Shown one piece after another: positions 36,288 to 46,267 of a stretch of DNA of 64,000 bases. Made by a program: the position numbers and the translations under genes. This stretch comes from Candidatus Aenigmatarchaeota archaeon (GTDB lineage Archaea > Aenigmatarchaeota > Aenigmatarchaeia > GW2011-AR5), in NCBI GenBank assembly GCA_016184005.1, contig JACPDL010000003.1, forward strand, positions 171,632 through 235,631. Reading direction: 5' to 3'. The notes beneath the pieces are model-generated. The model had not been told where the DNA came from, did no database searches, and saw nothing but the letters and a program-made list of their open reading frames with translations. Numbering within the stretch: position 1 is the first letter of the stretch; every line of letters starts with the position of its first letter.

Positions 36288-36824
36288 TTATTCCTGTTCT
36301 TTCAGTCTTTTTATGATTAAATTTACTATCATTCCGGGCTTTTTCTTCGCGGTGTCTACAACAATGTCAGCTTCGTTTTTCTGGTCAAAATAGTCGAAAC
36401 CGTATATGCGAAGCCAATTGCTCCTTTCCAATCTTTCTTTTTTAACCAGCTTTTTTGCAGCTACTGTAGTTGGAATGTTATCTCTTTTTGCATAGCGTTG
36501 TGCCCTGACATTTCTAGGTGCTTTGAGCCATACAGACAAGTCATCAAATCCTTTGAGCATTCTTACAGCTAGCTTGCCATCAATTACAATATTTCCTTTT
36601 TTTGCATAAGTTTTTGCCAGTTCATCAGAATTTATGTGGAATTTTTTCAGGCCTTTTATTTTCCACATGGCTATGCTCTTGTCGGTTTCTTTTGCTTTGG
36701 CACCGGCATGGCTTTTGTTGTAGTCGCCAACGGAAAAATGCTTCAATCTCAGCTTCTTGGCAAGCAGCTTCGCTGTGGTTGAGGAGCCGCAGCCGGGCTG
36801 CCCGGAAATAACTATTACTGCCAT
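36288..36824 (-). CDS. cmk: Archaeal cytidylate kinase
   Basis: ISGQPGCGSSTTAK, VIDGKLA, VWLKAP..VRA.R. Confidence 0.88.
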   Translation of the reverse strand: MAVIVISGQPGCGSSTTAKLLAKKLRLKHFSVGDYNKSHAGAKAKETDKSIAMWKIKGLKKFHINSDELAKTYAKKGNIVIDGKLAVRMLKGFDDLSVWLKAPRNVRAQRYAKRDNIPTTVAAKKLVKKERLERSNWLRIYGFDYFDQKNEADIVVDTAKKKPGMIVNLIIKRLKEQE

Positions 36825-36852
36825 CTGCTAATCTTTGTTTCTCAGCTTAAAA

Positions 36853-37104
36853 TCCAATCCCTTTCTTAAAAGAAAGGTCTTGGAGAACCCCAAAGAATAA
36901 ATATGGCTGCTTTGTGTCTTGCTATCGGAACTACAAACCAAAGGCTTTCTGCTTGGAGAACCCCAAAGTCTTGGGAGAAGCGAAGCTTCTCCGAGATCTT
37001 CAGAGAAACCTCGTTTCTCTGAGATTCCGAAATCCTATGGATTTCGAGAATTCCAAAAAGCTGCGCTTTTTGAGAAAATAAATATGGCTGCTTTGCAGCC
37101 TATT
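36853..37104 (+). repeat. Composite: family A variant, partial tandem duplicate, and nested 108-bp family C element (36969-37076)
   Basis: cttggagaaccccaaag|aataaatatggctgctttg occurs both empty and filled. Confidence 0.88.
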
Positions 37105-37128
37105 AAATCTTCGGTTAGAACGATAGTT

Positions 37129-38256
37129 ATGCTTGAAAAATACAAGGAAATGCTGGAGGACAGGACGGCGATGGGCGGGCTCGCGACATTCGTGCCGAAC
37201 AAGAAGCTTCCAGTATATAACTGGCTGTATTTTAAGGAGGGCTTCTCGAAAGAACTGGTTAATTTTCTGGCAGAACAATTCAGGCTGCAGCCCGGCATGA
37301 CTGTTCTGGATCCTTTTTGCGGCTCGGGCACGACACTGGTTGCGTGCAGAGAGCTCGGCGTCGACAGCATAGGCTTTGACGTCCTGCCGCTGTCTGTTTT
37401 TGCCGCGCACGTGAAGACAAGAGGCTACGATACTGCAAAACTGAAAGAAGCGTCCGCACAGCTGTTTTCCCAGAGGTTCATGAAAATAAAAGAAGAATTT
37501 CCGCCTATAATGAAAAAAGCATTCTCAAAATACGCCCTTGAAGACATATCTTTCTTTCGCAGAAACATCGCGCAGATAGAAGACGGCACCATGAGGAATT
37601 TCTTTTTGCTGGCCCTGATAAGCGCTGCCATAAGGGTCAGCTACGCCTGGAAAGACGGTGCGGTGATAAAAATAAGGAAATCCCACAGGCCGCCTTTACG
37701 ATTCATGCTGAAAAGAACGATACAAAGAATGGTAAAAGACGCGGGTAAAATGAAAGGCCGGGCACAATGCACTGTTCAGCAGCGCGATGCAAGGACAATG
37801 AAGCTTGATGATGAAACCATAGATGCAATCATAACCTCCCCGCCTTACCTCAACCAGATAGATTACACAAAGGTCTACGAGATCGAGAACCTTTTCATCA
37901 GGGGCTTATATGAAAAACCGCCAATGAGGTCTTACATAGGGCTTGAAAGCGACACAGAGTTCCTGCCTGAACTGGATCTGCCAAAAGCAGCCAACGCCTA
38001 TTTCCATGATATACATGAAGTCCTGGAAGAAATGCACCGTGTGTGCAAACCGGGAGCACCGGTCGCTGTTGTCGTCGGCAACGCCTATTTTCCAGGCAGG
38101 ATAGTAGACAGCGACCTGATTATATGCCATCTGGCCGATTCAGCAGGATTTAAGATTGACAGAATATCTGTATTGAACGCGCGCTATGCACTGGAAGACC
38201 GCACAACAAAGAAAGGCGTGCTCCGGGAAAGCATGATAATAATGCACAAATCATAA
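37129..38256 (+). CDS. Orphan DNA amino-methyltransferase (N4-C type motif)
   Basis: DPFCGSGT followed by ITSPPY; upstream ORF extension is repeat-derived, so start placed at MLEKY. Confidence 0.85.
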   Translation: MLEKYKEMLEDRTAMGGLATFVPNKKLPVYNWLYFKEGFSKELVNFLAEQFRLQPGMTVLDPFCGSGTTLVACRELGVDSIGFDVLPLSVFAAHVKTRGYDTAKLKEASAQLFSQRFMKIKEEFPPIMKKAFSKYALEDISFFRRNIAQIEDGTMRNFFLLALISAAIRVSYAWKDGAVIKIRKSHRPPLRFMLKRTIQRMVKDAGKMKGRAQCTVQQRDARTMKLDDETIDAIITSPPYLNQIDYTKVYEIENLFIRGLYEKPPMRSYIGLESDTEFLPELDLPKAANAYFHDIHEVLEEMHRVCKPGAPVAVVVGNAYFPGRIVDSDLIICHLADSAGFKIDRISVLNARYALEDRTTKKGVLRESMIIMHKS

Positions 38257-38319
38257 AAAATAAATTGTAAGTTTAAAAATTCAACGCTTAATCAAGGAAT
38301 GGTTAAAAATGAACTATAG

Positions 38320-38445
38320 CAAAGAACTGTCTTTGAATATATTTCTTTGGGACATCTGCAGGAATTCTCAATTCCTGCGATGCAAGAGAAGCCTTGCTTC
38401 TCTTCGCATACAAAGACCTTTCTTTGCTAAAGAAAGGGATTTGTT
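38320..38445 (+). repeat. Family A element with a nested two-hairpin module, ending immediately before an ATG
   Basis: ...tttgggacat[ctgcagg...cgcat]acaaagacctttctttgctaaagaaagggatttgtt-ATG. Confidence 0.85.
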
Positions 38446-39273
38446 ATGAATAGAATAGTTTTTGTCGGGACGGGCGGCGGACGCCATGCTGTTTCTTCGC
38501 AGGTGCGGAAAACAGGCGGAATATTTGTAGAGCTTGACGGCCTGAAATTCATCATAGACCCGGGTCCCGGATCTCTGGTTTTTTCAAGATTCCTGGGATT
38601 AGAGCCTGAAAAATGGGACGGCATGCTCCTTTCACATTATCACATCGACCAATCAAGCGACGCAAACGCGCTGATAGACGGAATGAAGGACCCCGCACCC
38701 GTAGGTGAAGAGGCTGCAAAAGAAATATTCCTGATTGCAGAAGAACACTGCGTCAACATGAAAAAAGACCATGACGAATATCCAAGAATAAGCAAATTCC
38801 ATCAAAGGCTGGTCAAGAACCTGCATGCAGCGAAGCCTGGGCAGGATATTTCCCTGGGAAAAATAAAGGTAAAAACAACCGGAACGGAACACGGCGTGCC
38901 GAACGTGGGCTTTGTGATTTCAGGATCGCTAAGAATAGGCTATCCTTCTGACGGGATATATTATTCAGGGCAGGAAAAAAAATTTGATAACTGCGACATA
39001 CTAATCTTGAATGTCCCTATCCCTAAAGGCGGCGAATCGAAGCACAAGGTTTACATGAGCGTGGACGACGCAATAAAGCTTGTGAAAAGCATAAACAGCA
39101 AGCCCAGAATTGTAATTCTGACTCATTTCACCCCGTGGATGCTGCGCTCTAACCTGTTCAAGCAGGCAAAAATAATGCAGGATGCAACCGGCGTCAAAAC
39201 GATCTTTGCGCAAGACTTCATGGAAATGGACATGAAAAACTTCCAGACAAAAGTATTGCAATTGAAACTCTAA
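38446..39273 (+). CDS. MBL-fold metallo-hydrolase
   Basis: FVGTGGGR, IDPGPG, SHYHIDQ, LTHF. Confidence 0.88.
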   Translation: MNRIVFVGTGGGRHAVSSQVRKTGGIFVELDGLKFIIDPGPGSLVFSRFLGLEPEKWDGMLLSHYHIDQSSDANALIDGMKDPAPVGEEAAKEIFLIAEEHCVNMKKDHDEYPRISKFHQRLVKNLHAAKPGQDISLGKIKVKTTGTEHGVPNVGFVISGSLRIGYPSDGIYYSGQEKKFDNCDILILNVPIPKGGESKHKVYMSVDDAIKLVKSINSKPRIVILTHFTPWMLRSNLFKQAKIMQDATGVKTIFAQDFMEMDMKNFQTKVLQLKL

Positions 39274-39375
39274 AGCTTAGGTATTGCGAACAAAAATAAG
39301 TTGTTCAATGGGCTTGGCTATAAAGCCTGTGAGAGAGCTTGTTAATAATTAAAATGCATTACCTAAGAGAATACT

Positions 39376-41760
39376 ATGCTCGAGCCGAAACTGAAGGAAA
39401 AATCCTGGAAGAAGGAATTCGAACAAGGAATATGCGAGAAGTGGAAAAAAGATGAAGCATACGCTTTTGTTGATGATGATAAAAAACTGTTCAGCATAGA
39501 CACGCCGCCGCCGTACGTCAACACTCCTATACATATCGGGCATGCGACCACATATTCTTTGATGGACATGTTTGCCCGCTTCAGACGGATGAAAGGCTTC
39601 AAGGTTTTATTTCCTCTGGGGCTGGACAGGAACGGCCTGCCTATCGAGATGGCTGCAGAGAAGAAATTTAACGTATCGCTGAAAGATGTTTCACGGGAAC
39701 GCTTCATCGATCTCTGCAAGCAGATTCTTGAGGAATCCAGCACAGCTACTATGGACTCCTTCTTGCGCCTTGGGATAAGCTTCAACTCCTGGGAAACAGG
39801 AGGCAAGACAGGCGACGTTTATCTTACCGATTCGGATGAGTACAGGGCTCTTACACAAGCAACTTTCATAGACATGTGGCAAAAAGGCCTGATATACGAA
39901 GACGAAAGGGTGAATAATTATTGTCCTGGCTGCAAAACAACCATAGCAGATGCAGAAATAGAGTATGCAGACCTCCCATCGTCTTTAGTTTCCATCAATT
40001 TCAGGGTAAAACATTCACACGAGAGCATAGTCATTGCGACTACCAGACCTGAACTTGTTTGCAGCTGCAGCATGATAATATTCCACCCGGACGATGAACG
40101 ATACAAGCATCTTGAAAGCAAGACAGCAGTCACACCATTGTACGGGAAAGAAGTTCCTATAAGATCACATCCTTATGCTGATCCAGCAAAAGGAACAGGC
40201 CTGATGATGATGTGCTCTTTCGGCGACCAGGCAGACATAAGATTTTTCCGCGAGCAGAAAATGCAACCAGTCATTTCCATTAACCAGGACGGCAGGATGA
40301 ACAGGAGCGCGGGCTTTCTCGAAGGGCTTCTGGTGAAAGAAGCCAGGGATAAGATGAAGGAGAAGCTAAAGGAAAAGGGCTTTGTTGTTGATGAGAAGAA
40401 GCTGATACACAGAACACCAATATGTGAAAGGAGCAAGCACCCGATAGAATTCATACACATGAAAGAGTTCTACTTGAAACAGCTGGATTTTATTGGCAAC
40501 ATAAGAGACATTTCAAAGGAGATAAATTTCTTCTCCTCCCATAGCAGGCAAATACTCCTTGACTGGCTAGACTCTGTGACCCTGGACTGGGCTGTCTCAC
40601 GCAGGCGCTACTATGCAACTGAAATTCCCTTATGGTACTGCAATTCGTGCAAGGAGACGATAGTCCCGCAGAAAGGAAACTATTATAAACCATGGAAGGA
40701 AAAGCCGCCGGTTGAAAAATGCAAATGCGGCTCTTCTGATTTTCGCGGAGAAGACCGAGTGCTCGACACGTGGTTCGACTCCTCAATATCGCCGCTGTAC
40801 ATAATGAAATACGGCACAAAATTTTTCGAAAACAACACTCCCTGCTCCTTGAGACCGCAAGGAAAAGAAATAATCAGAACATGGCTTTATTACACACTGC
40901 TTAGATGCTATCTGCTGAAAGGAAGCAACATTTTCAAGGATGTCTGGATAAATTACCATATTCTTGACGACAAGGGCAAGAAGATGAGCAAAAGTTTAGG
41001 AAATGTCATCGATCCGCATAAAATACTTGAACGCTATGGTGCTGAGCCTTTCCGTTTGTGGTGCGCTGTCGAAGGCAATCTTGCAGATTCTGACTTGAAA
41101 TGCTCGTTCGAGCGCATAGAAGGCGCTGCAAAGACGATAACCAAACTGTGGAATGTCGCGCGCTTCATCTCAATGTTTGAGATGCCAGATCTGGGGCTGC
41201 AGGATGTCATTTGTGAGACCGACAAAGCAATAATAAACGAGCTGGCAGAAATAACCGACCTTGCAGACGACTATTACATGAAATATGATTTCCATTCGCC
41301 TGCGGCAAGAATAAAGAACTTCCTGTGGGAAGCCTTTGCTTCGCACTACATGGAAATCGTCAAACCCAGGACATACAACCAGGACAAGGAATTCACAAAA
41401 GAAGAACAGCTTTCTGCGCTGTTCACATTGCATTATTGCCTGAAGACGCTGCTGAAATTACTGGCTCCGATAATCCCAATGGCAACATACAGGATATACA
41501 GCGACCTCTACGGAGGCGATATCCATGCAGAAGAATTTCCGAAAGCCGGCAAGAAGTTTCTTGCGTCTTTCACGATCTCAGACTTGTCCGAGCTGAACGG
41601 CATGATATGGAAAGCCAAGAAAGACAAGCAACTATCATTGAAATCGCCAATCAAGTCACTGACTGTCTCAAAGAAATTCTTCCAGGCAGAAAAAGACATG
41701 ATAGCTGCGCATAATACGGAAAAAATAGAGTACGGCGACAGGACCGAAGTAGAGCTCTAG
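39376..41760 (+). CDS. valS: Valine--tRNA ligase
   Basis: IDTPPPY, HIGH, DTWFDSS, RPQGKEIIRTW, KMSKS. Confidence 0.96.
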   Translation: MLEPKLKEKSWKKEFEQGICEKWKKDEAYAFVDDDKKLFSIDTPPPYVNTPIHIGHATTYSLMDMFARFRRMKGFKVLFPLGLDRNGLPIEMAAEKKFNVSLKDVSRERFIDLCKQILEESSTATMDSFLRLGISFNSWETGGKTGDVYLTDSDEYRALTQATFIDMWQKGLIYEDERVNNYCPGCKTTIADAEIEYADLPSSLVSINFRVKHSHESIVIATTRPELVCSCSMIIFHPDDERYKHLESKTAVTPLYGKEVPIRSHPYADPAKGTGLMMMCSFGDQADIRFFREQKMQPVISINQDGRMNRSAGFLEGLLVKEARDKMKEKLKEKGFVVDEKKLIHRTPICERSKHPIEFIHMKEFYLKQLDFIGNIRDISKEINFFSSHSRQILLDWLDSVTLDWAVSRRRYYATEIPLWYCNSCKETIVPQKGNYYKPWKEKPPVEKCKCGSSDFRGEDRVLDTWFDSSISPLYIMKYGTKFFENNTPCSLRPQGKEIIRTWLYYTLLRCYLLKGSNIFKDVWINYHILDDKGKKMSKSLGNVIDPHKILERYGAEPFRLWCAVEGNLADSDLKCSFERIEGAAKTITKLWNVARFISMFEMPDLGLQDVICETDKAIINELAEITDLADDYYMKYDFHSPAARIKNFLWEAFASHYMEIVKPRTYNQDKEFTKEEQLSALFTLHYCLKTLLKLLAPIIPMATYRIYSDLYGGDIHAEEFPKAGKKFLASFTISDLSELNGMIWKAKKDKQLSLKSPIKSLTVSKKFFQAEKDMIAAHNTEKIEYGDRTEVEL

Positions 41761-41779
41761 CAGAACCTGAGGCGATGAA

Positions 41780-42556
41780 ATGATACAACTTCATGGCATT
41801 AAAACAGGGAAACAGACAGAAAATTTCCGCCTTGTGGAATGCATACTCTCTTCGCTGAAAAAGAATAAAACAAGACTTGAAAACAATGACGTGCTTGCCA
41901 TATCCTCTAAATTTGTAGCGCTTGCTGAAGGCAGGATCGTGAAGCTAAGCGGCATAAAGGCCGGCAGGAAAGCAAAAGAAATTTCCAGGAAACTGGGAAT
42001 GAAGCCGGAAATGGCACAGCTTGTTCTGGACGAGGCAGAAAAGATATTTTCCGGGGTAGAGAACTTCCTTCTCGCAATAAAAGACGGCATGATAGCGCCT
42101 AACGCGGGCATAGACAGGTCAAATATCTATCCCGGCTATGCGATCCTTTACCCTGAAAATTCATTCAAAGCAGCTGAAAACATCAGGAAGGAAATCCGCA
42201 GGAAGACTGGAAAAAATATAGGCGTAGTCATTACTGACAGCAGGCTGATGCCGACAAGGATAGGAACAACGGGAATAGCAATTGCTGTTTCCGGGCTCGA
42301 ACCTGTCCAGAACTGCATAGGAAAGAAAGACCTTTTCGGCAATATACTTAAGTATACAAAACGCGCGCTTGCGGACGACATGGCATCTGCCGCGCAGATG
42401 CTGATGGGCGAGACGAATGAAGCAGTGCCGATTGTTTTGCTGAGAGCTAAAGACCCGCCATGGAAGTATACCAATAGAAAGATCAAAAAAACCGAGATGG
42501 CAATAGACTGGAGAAAAGATATCTACATCTGCGGTCTCCAGAGTACAGATATATAG
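41780..42556 (+). CDS. cofE: Coenzyme F420-0:L-glutamate ligase-like protein
   Basis: ISSKFV..AEGR, PNAGIDRSN, VVITDS, DLFG, MGETNE..P. Confidence 0.85.
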   Translation: MIQLHGIKTGKQTENFRLVECILSSLKKNKTRLENNDVLAISSKFVALAEGRIVKLSGIKAGRKAKEISRKLGMKPEMAQLVLDEAEKIFSGVENFLLAIKDGMIAPNAGIDRSNIYPGYAILYPENSFKAAENIRKEIRRKTGKNIGVVITDSRLMPTRIGTTGIAIAVSGLEPVQNCIGKKDLFGNILKYTKRALADDMASAAQMLMGETNEAVPIVLLRAKDPPWKYTNRKIKKTEMAIDWRKDIYICGLQSTDI

Positions 42557-42599
42557 TAATTTAGTTTTATTATATACAAAATAGTTGTTGTGAGGCTCT

Positions 42600-45227
42600 A
42601 TGGAAACGGAAGAGAAGATAAAATCAAAATTCAGGCTGAAGAAGCTTGTGAACATGCTGCAGGCGATCAAAGGCAGGCATACAGAGCTTGTAACGGTCTA
42701 TGTGCCCGTGAACTACTTGCTCAGCGAGATTATCAGCCAGCTCCGGACAGAACAAAGCACCGCGGAGAACATAAAATCAAAACCAGTAAGGAAGAACGTG
42801 ACAACGGCACTGGAGAAGATAATCAGGCACCTGCAGCTCTACAAACACACGCCGCAGAACGGCATTGCGCTTTTCTGCGGCAACGTGAGCGATAAAGAAG
42901 GCGCGACGAATATAGAGATCTGGGCAGTAGAGCCGCCCGAAGAGATAAAGGTCAAGATGTACTGGTGCGACCAGAGGTTCGTAATGGATCCCCTGCTCGA
43001 CATGGTAGAAGAGAAAGAGATATACGGTGTCATCTGCCTTGACAAGAGCGAAGCAGACATCGCTTTGCTGAAAGGCAAGAAGCTTGAACTGCTTTACCGC
43101 AAGGAATCCATAGTCCCTGGTAAAACGCGCGCCGGGGGACAATGCCTGGCACCGGATACCCTCATACAGATGGGTGATGGAACTTTATTGGAAATATGTA
43201 AAGTCAGCAATCCCCATATAGTCAAATCTGTAAATTTCCCAGAAACAACCCTGAGCAACAGGCCGGTAATAAACAAATGGGAAACAAAAAAGAATACAAA
43301 ATACATAATAACAACCAAATGTCCTGCCACACAAATCGAATCTTCAAAAGATCACCTATTCTTCAGGTGGGGAAACAGTATAGAAGAGATTCCGGCAGAA
43401 AAGCTGAAGAATGGCGACTTTCTATTGCTGCCTGAAAAAATAGATGTAGAAGGCGAAATACAAAGTTTGAATAGCTCAGGCTTTTACAATTCATACAGGA
43501 TAAGTGAAAAAGGAAGAGAATATATTAAAAACAGAAGAATTTCATTAAAATTATTGCAGAAAGAATTGGCCAAAAAATCAGGTGTAACACAGACAGCAAT
43601 ATCAGTGATAGAGCTTGGAAAAAGGGATATAAAAATTGGATTTCTGAAAGTCTTGTGCAAACATCTTGGTACAGAAACAGGCTCTTTCATACGCCAGTTC
43701 TGCGTGCCAGTCAAAGATCTTAAACTGCCTGAAGTTCTGAACGAAAATCTGGCAAGTTTTCTAGGCTACTTTGCCGGAGACGGCTCTATAGAGAATGAAA
43801 GATTGTCGCTATTTGATGCTGACAAGCAGACGATTGAATATTACAACAACTTGGCAGAAATCACATTCAACTGCAACTCGAAAATCACGCATAGAGAAAA
43901 CAAGGGACATTATGTTGCCAGAATATATGGCAAACCTATTGTAAAACTGATAAAAAATGAATTTCCGGAACTAAAATACGCACTGGATACTGAAATGCCG
44001 GCTAAAATACTCAAATCACCTGATAGCGTACTTGCTGCATTCTTGAGGGGGTTTTTTGATGCCGAAGGCTACGTAAACAGGGAAAGGGGGATAGGTCTGG
44101 GGATAAATAACAAAAAAATGGCCAGGCAAACGCAGCTGGCTTTGCTCAGATTCGGGATATTAGCATCGCTTGCAGAATACGACAACAGGAGAAATCCTCA
44201 CAGCAAAAAACACAGGTTTACGGTAGGAATAACAGAAAGAACGTCACTAGAAATATTTCTGAACTCAATAGGATTTAATGCGGCTTATAAAAACAAAAAG
44301 CTGGCAGAAGTCATCCAAAATAAGTCAGTAACAAGCTATACAAGACAAATATTTCTGACGGGAGAAAATATAAGAAAAATACTTGAGTCAGAAGGCTACA
44401 AGGTGTCGGACTTTCCAAAAGTTACCAATTTCTTCAGAAATGAAAGGCTGATGAGTAAAGACGTATTCAGAAATTCCATAATAAATGAGGTTAGAAACAA
44501 CGAAAGCCTGAGGAAAAAACTCGAAATAGTATTAAATTATAACCTAGTACCTGCAAAAATAAGCTCCATAAAGAAAATAGAAGAGGAAAACAGGTTCGTT
44601 GATATAGAAGTTAAGAATTCCAATTTCATTGCAAACGGTATTGTAGTCCACAATAGTTCAGCACGTTTCTCACGCGTGCGCGAGGGCATGCTCAACGACT
44701 GGCTGAAAGAAGTGGGCGAAGCCGCGAACAAGATCTTTGAGGAGCACAAAGAGGTCAAGGGCATACTTCTGGGAGGGCCTGGACCAATAAAGGAATTCTT
44801 TCTGAAGGAAGAGTACGTTCATGCAGACGTGAGGAGCAAAATACTTGGAACTGTTGATACGGGCTATACAGGAGAACATGGACTTGAAGAAACACTGATA
44901 CGGGGGGAAGATTTGATAAAAGAACTGGCAGTCACGAAAGAAAAGAATCTTCTGCAGAAATTTCTCACAGAGCTTCAGAAACCGCATGGAATTGCAGTTT
45001 ACGGCGCCAAGGAAGTGATACGCGTGCTTGAGCTGGGCGCGGCAGAAACTATAATCATAAGCGAGAGCATCAGCGAAAAAATAGAAGGGGAAGACGCCAT
45101 AGAATATTTCGAGGAGAAAGCGCAAAACTACGGCACCGCGCTTATTGTTGTTTCATCAGACACGCGCGAAGGCCAGCAGTTTAAAGCCCTAGGCGGCATC
45201 GGGGCGCTGTTGAGGTATCATGTGTAG
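42600..45227 (+). CDS. prf1: Peptide chain release factor aRF1 containing an intein
   Basis: GRHTELVTVY, NIKS, YWCD, GGQ|intein|SSARF, LGGIGALLRY. Confidence 0.95.
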   Translation: METEEKIKSKFRLKKLVNMLQAIKGRHTELVTVYVPVNYLLSEIISQLRTEQSTAENIKSKPVRKNVTTALEKIIRHLQLYKHTPQNGIALFCGNVSDKEGATNIEIWAVEPPEEIKVKMYWCDQRFVMDPLLDMVEEKEIYGVICLDKSEADIALLKGKKLELLYRKESIVPGKTRAGGQCLAPDTLIQMGDGTLLEICKVSNPHIVKSVNFPETTLSNRPVINKWETKKNTKYIITTKCPATQIESSKDHLFFRWGNSIEEIPAEKLKNGDFLLLPEKIDVEGEIQSLNSSGFYNSYRISEKGREYIKNRRISLKLLQKELAKKSGVTQTAISVIELGKRDIKIGFLKVLCKHLGTETGSFIRQFCVPVKDLKLPEVLNENLASFLGYFAGDGSIENERLSLFDADKQTIEYYNNLAEITFNCNSKITHRENKGHYVARIYGKPIVKLIKNEFPELKYALDTEMPAKILKSPDSVLAAFLRGFFDAEGYVNRERGIGLGINNKKMARQTQLALLRFGILASLAEYDNRRNPHSKKHRFTVGITERTSLEIFLNSIGFNAAYKNKKLAEVIQNKSVTSYTRQIFLTGENIRKILESEGYKVSDFPKVTNFFRNERLMSKDVFRNSIINEVRNNESLRKKLEIVLNYNLVPAKISSIKKIEEENRFVDIEVKNSNFIANGIVVHNSSARFSRVREGMLNDWLKEVGEAANKIFEEHKEVKGILLGGPGPIKEFFLKEEYVHADVRSKILGTVDTGYTGEHGLEETLIRGEDLIKELAVTKEKNLLQKFLTELQKPHGIAVYGAKEVIRVLELGAAETIIISESISEKIEGEDAIEYFEEKAQNYGTALIVVSSDTREGQQFKALGGIGALLRYHV
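43143..44654 (+). mobile_element. Intein (504 aa) with HTH insert and LAGLIDADG homing endonuclease
   Basis: N-terminal CLAPDT, C-terminal FIANGIVVHN/S; FLGYFAGDG and FLRGFFDAEG; XRE-like LQKELAKKSGVTQTAISVIELG. Confidence 0.95.
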
Positions 45228-45247
45228 AACAATGATAAACTAGCTTC

Positions 45248-46267
45248 TCATCGCCGCATATGTCTACTCGCCCAGCCCTGTTCCAGTTCTCTAAAAACCT
45301 CTTCCGCGACTTCTCTGCTGTAGCCTGCTACAAATCCAAGCGGCTTGTTTGCAGGGCTGAAATGATAAGGCTGCATTCTGTCTGTTTTTCTTACATCAAA
45401 ATCAGCATCAATTCCCATCTCTCTGAGTTTCTTTCCGACTTCATACATGAGCATGTGGCCACCAGCCCTCTCGACAAGAAGCTTGCCTGCCGCCCAGTCC
45501 CATACGCGATGCTCTGGCTGGTAAAAGACATGAGAGTCACCGGTTGACACAAGCGCAAGCCCTAAAGCACATGAGCCGTATGTGTTGCTTGCCCAGTTTT
45601 TACCAGCATATGATCTCATAAATTCTGAAGGGGCCAGGAAAGGTGTGTCAACTCCATAATGAGCAAAGAATCTTTTCCTGGCGTCAGGGGCAACAGCAAC
45701 CCTTGCTTGTTCCATTCCGTTGTTCGTTATCATGTAAGCAGGCGTGTCTTCAGCGGCCATGACCAGAAGGCCCGATCCGGTTTCGCGAAAATTACATCTT
45801 GGACCATAAACAGCAGCGGCAGTTGCCTGCATCTTATTCCAGACGCCAACAGAATTACTCCACTGGCCGGTTTTCATCGCGTATTGTGCAGTACCGTCCA
45901 AAGAATCTGATATAACGACTTTTCCTTTAGGTATAACCTCGAGATAGTCTGCTTCCGAAATTATTCTATCAGCAAACTTTTGGAATCTTTCCTTTTCTTT
46001 GTCTGCTTCCTCACCAATATGCCGGACTCCAGGCAGATATTTTTCTGCTTCGTTAAATATAATTTCTTGTGAAAGCTCATCAGCTTCCGTAATAGCTGCG
46101 TGATAACTTACATGCTGGTCAGGCTTTTCTATTACTTCCTGCGAGAAATCGCGCTTTGCTATCCTTTCACCGGCTTCGTAAGCCGACATGGCAGCAGTCA
46201 TCAGGTCGTCTTCATGGCGGCTTCCAAGGCTTCTGATATGATCTTCAATATATCTTTTTGTAATCAT
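45248..46267 (-). CDS. Inositol monophosphatase-family protein
   Basis: TEAD, IGEE, DSLDGT, WDWAAGKLLVERAGG. Confidence 0.88.
   Translation of the reverse strand: MITKRYIEDHIRSLGSRHEDDLMTAAMSAYEAGERIAKRDFSQEVIEKPDQHVSYHAAITEADELSQEIIFNEAEKYLPGVRHIGEEADKEKERFQKFADRIISEADYLEVIPKGKVVISDSLDGTAQYAMKTGQWSNSVGVWNKMQATAAAVYGPRCNFRETGSGLLVMAAEDTPAYMITNNGMEQARVAVAPDARKRFFAHYGVDTPFLAPSEFMRSYAGKNWASNTYGSCALGLALVSTGDSHVFYQPEHRVWDWAAGKLLVERAGGHMLMYEVGKKLREMGIDADFDVRKTDRMQPYHFSPANKPLGFVAGYSREVAEEVFRELEQGWASRHMRR

Noticed and set aside
36969..37076. Hairpin arrays as a CRISPR array
   Set aside because: No identical direct repeats with unique spacers; the whole unit is copied at other loci
36919..37128. N-terminal 70 aa extension of the DNA methyltransferase
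   Set aside because: Derived mostly from repeat sequence; a TATA-like TATTAAAT about 25 nt upstream favours the ATG at 37129
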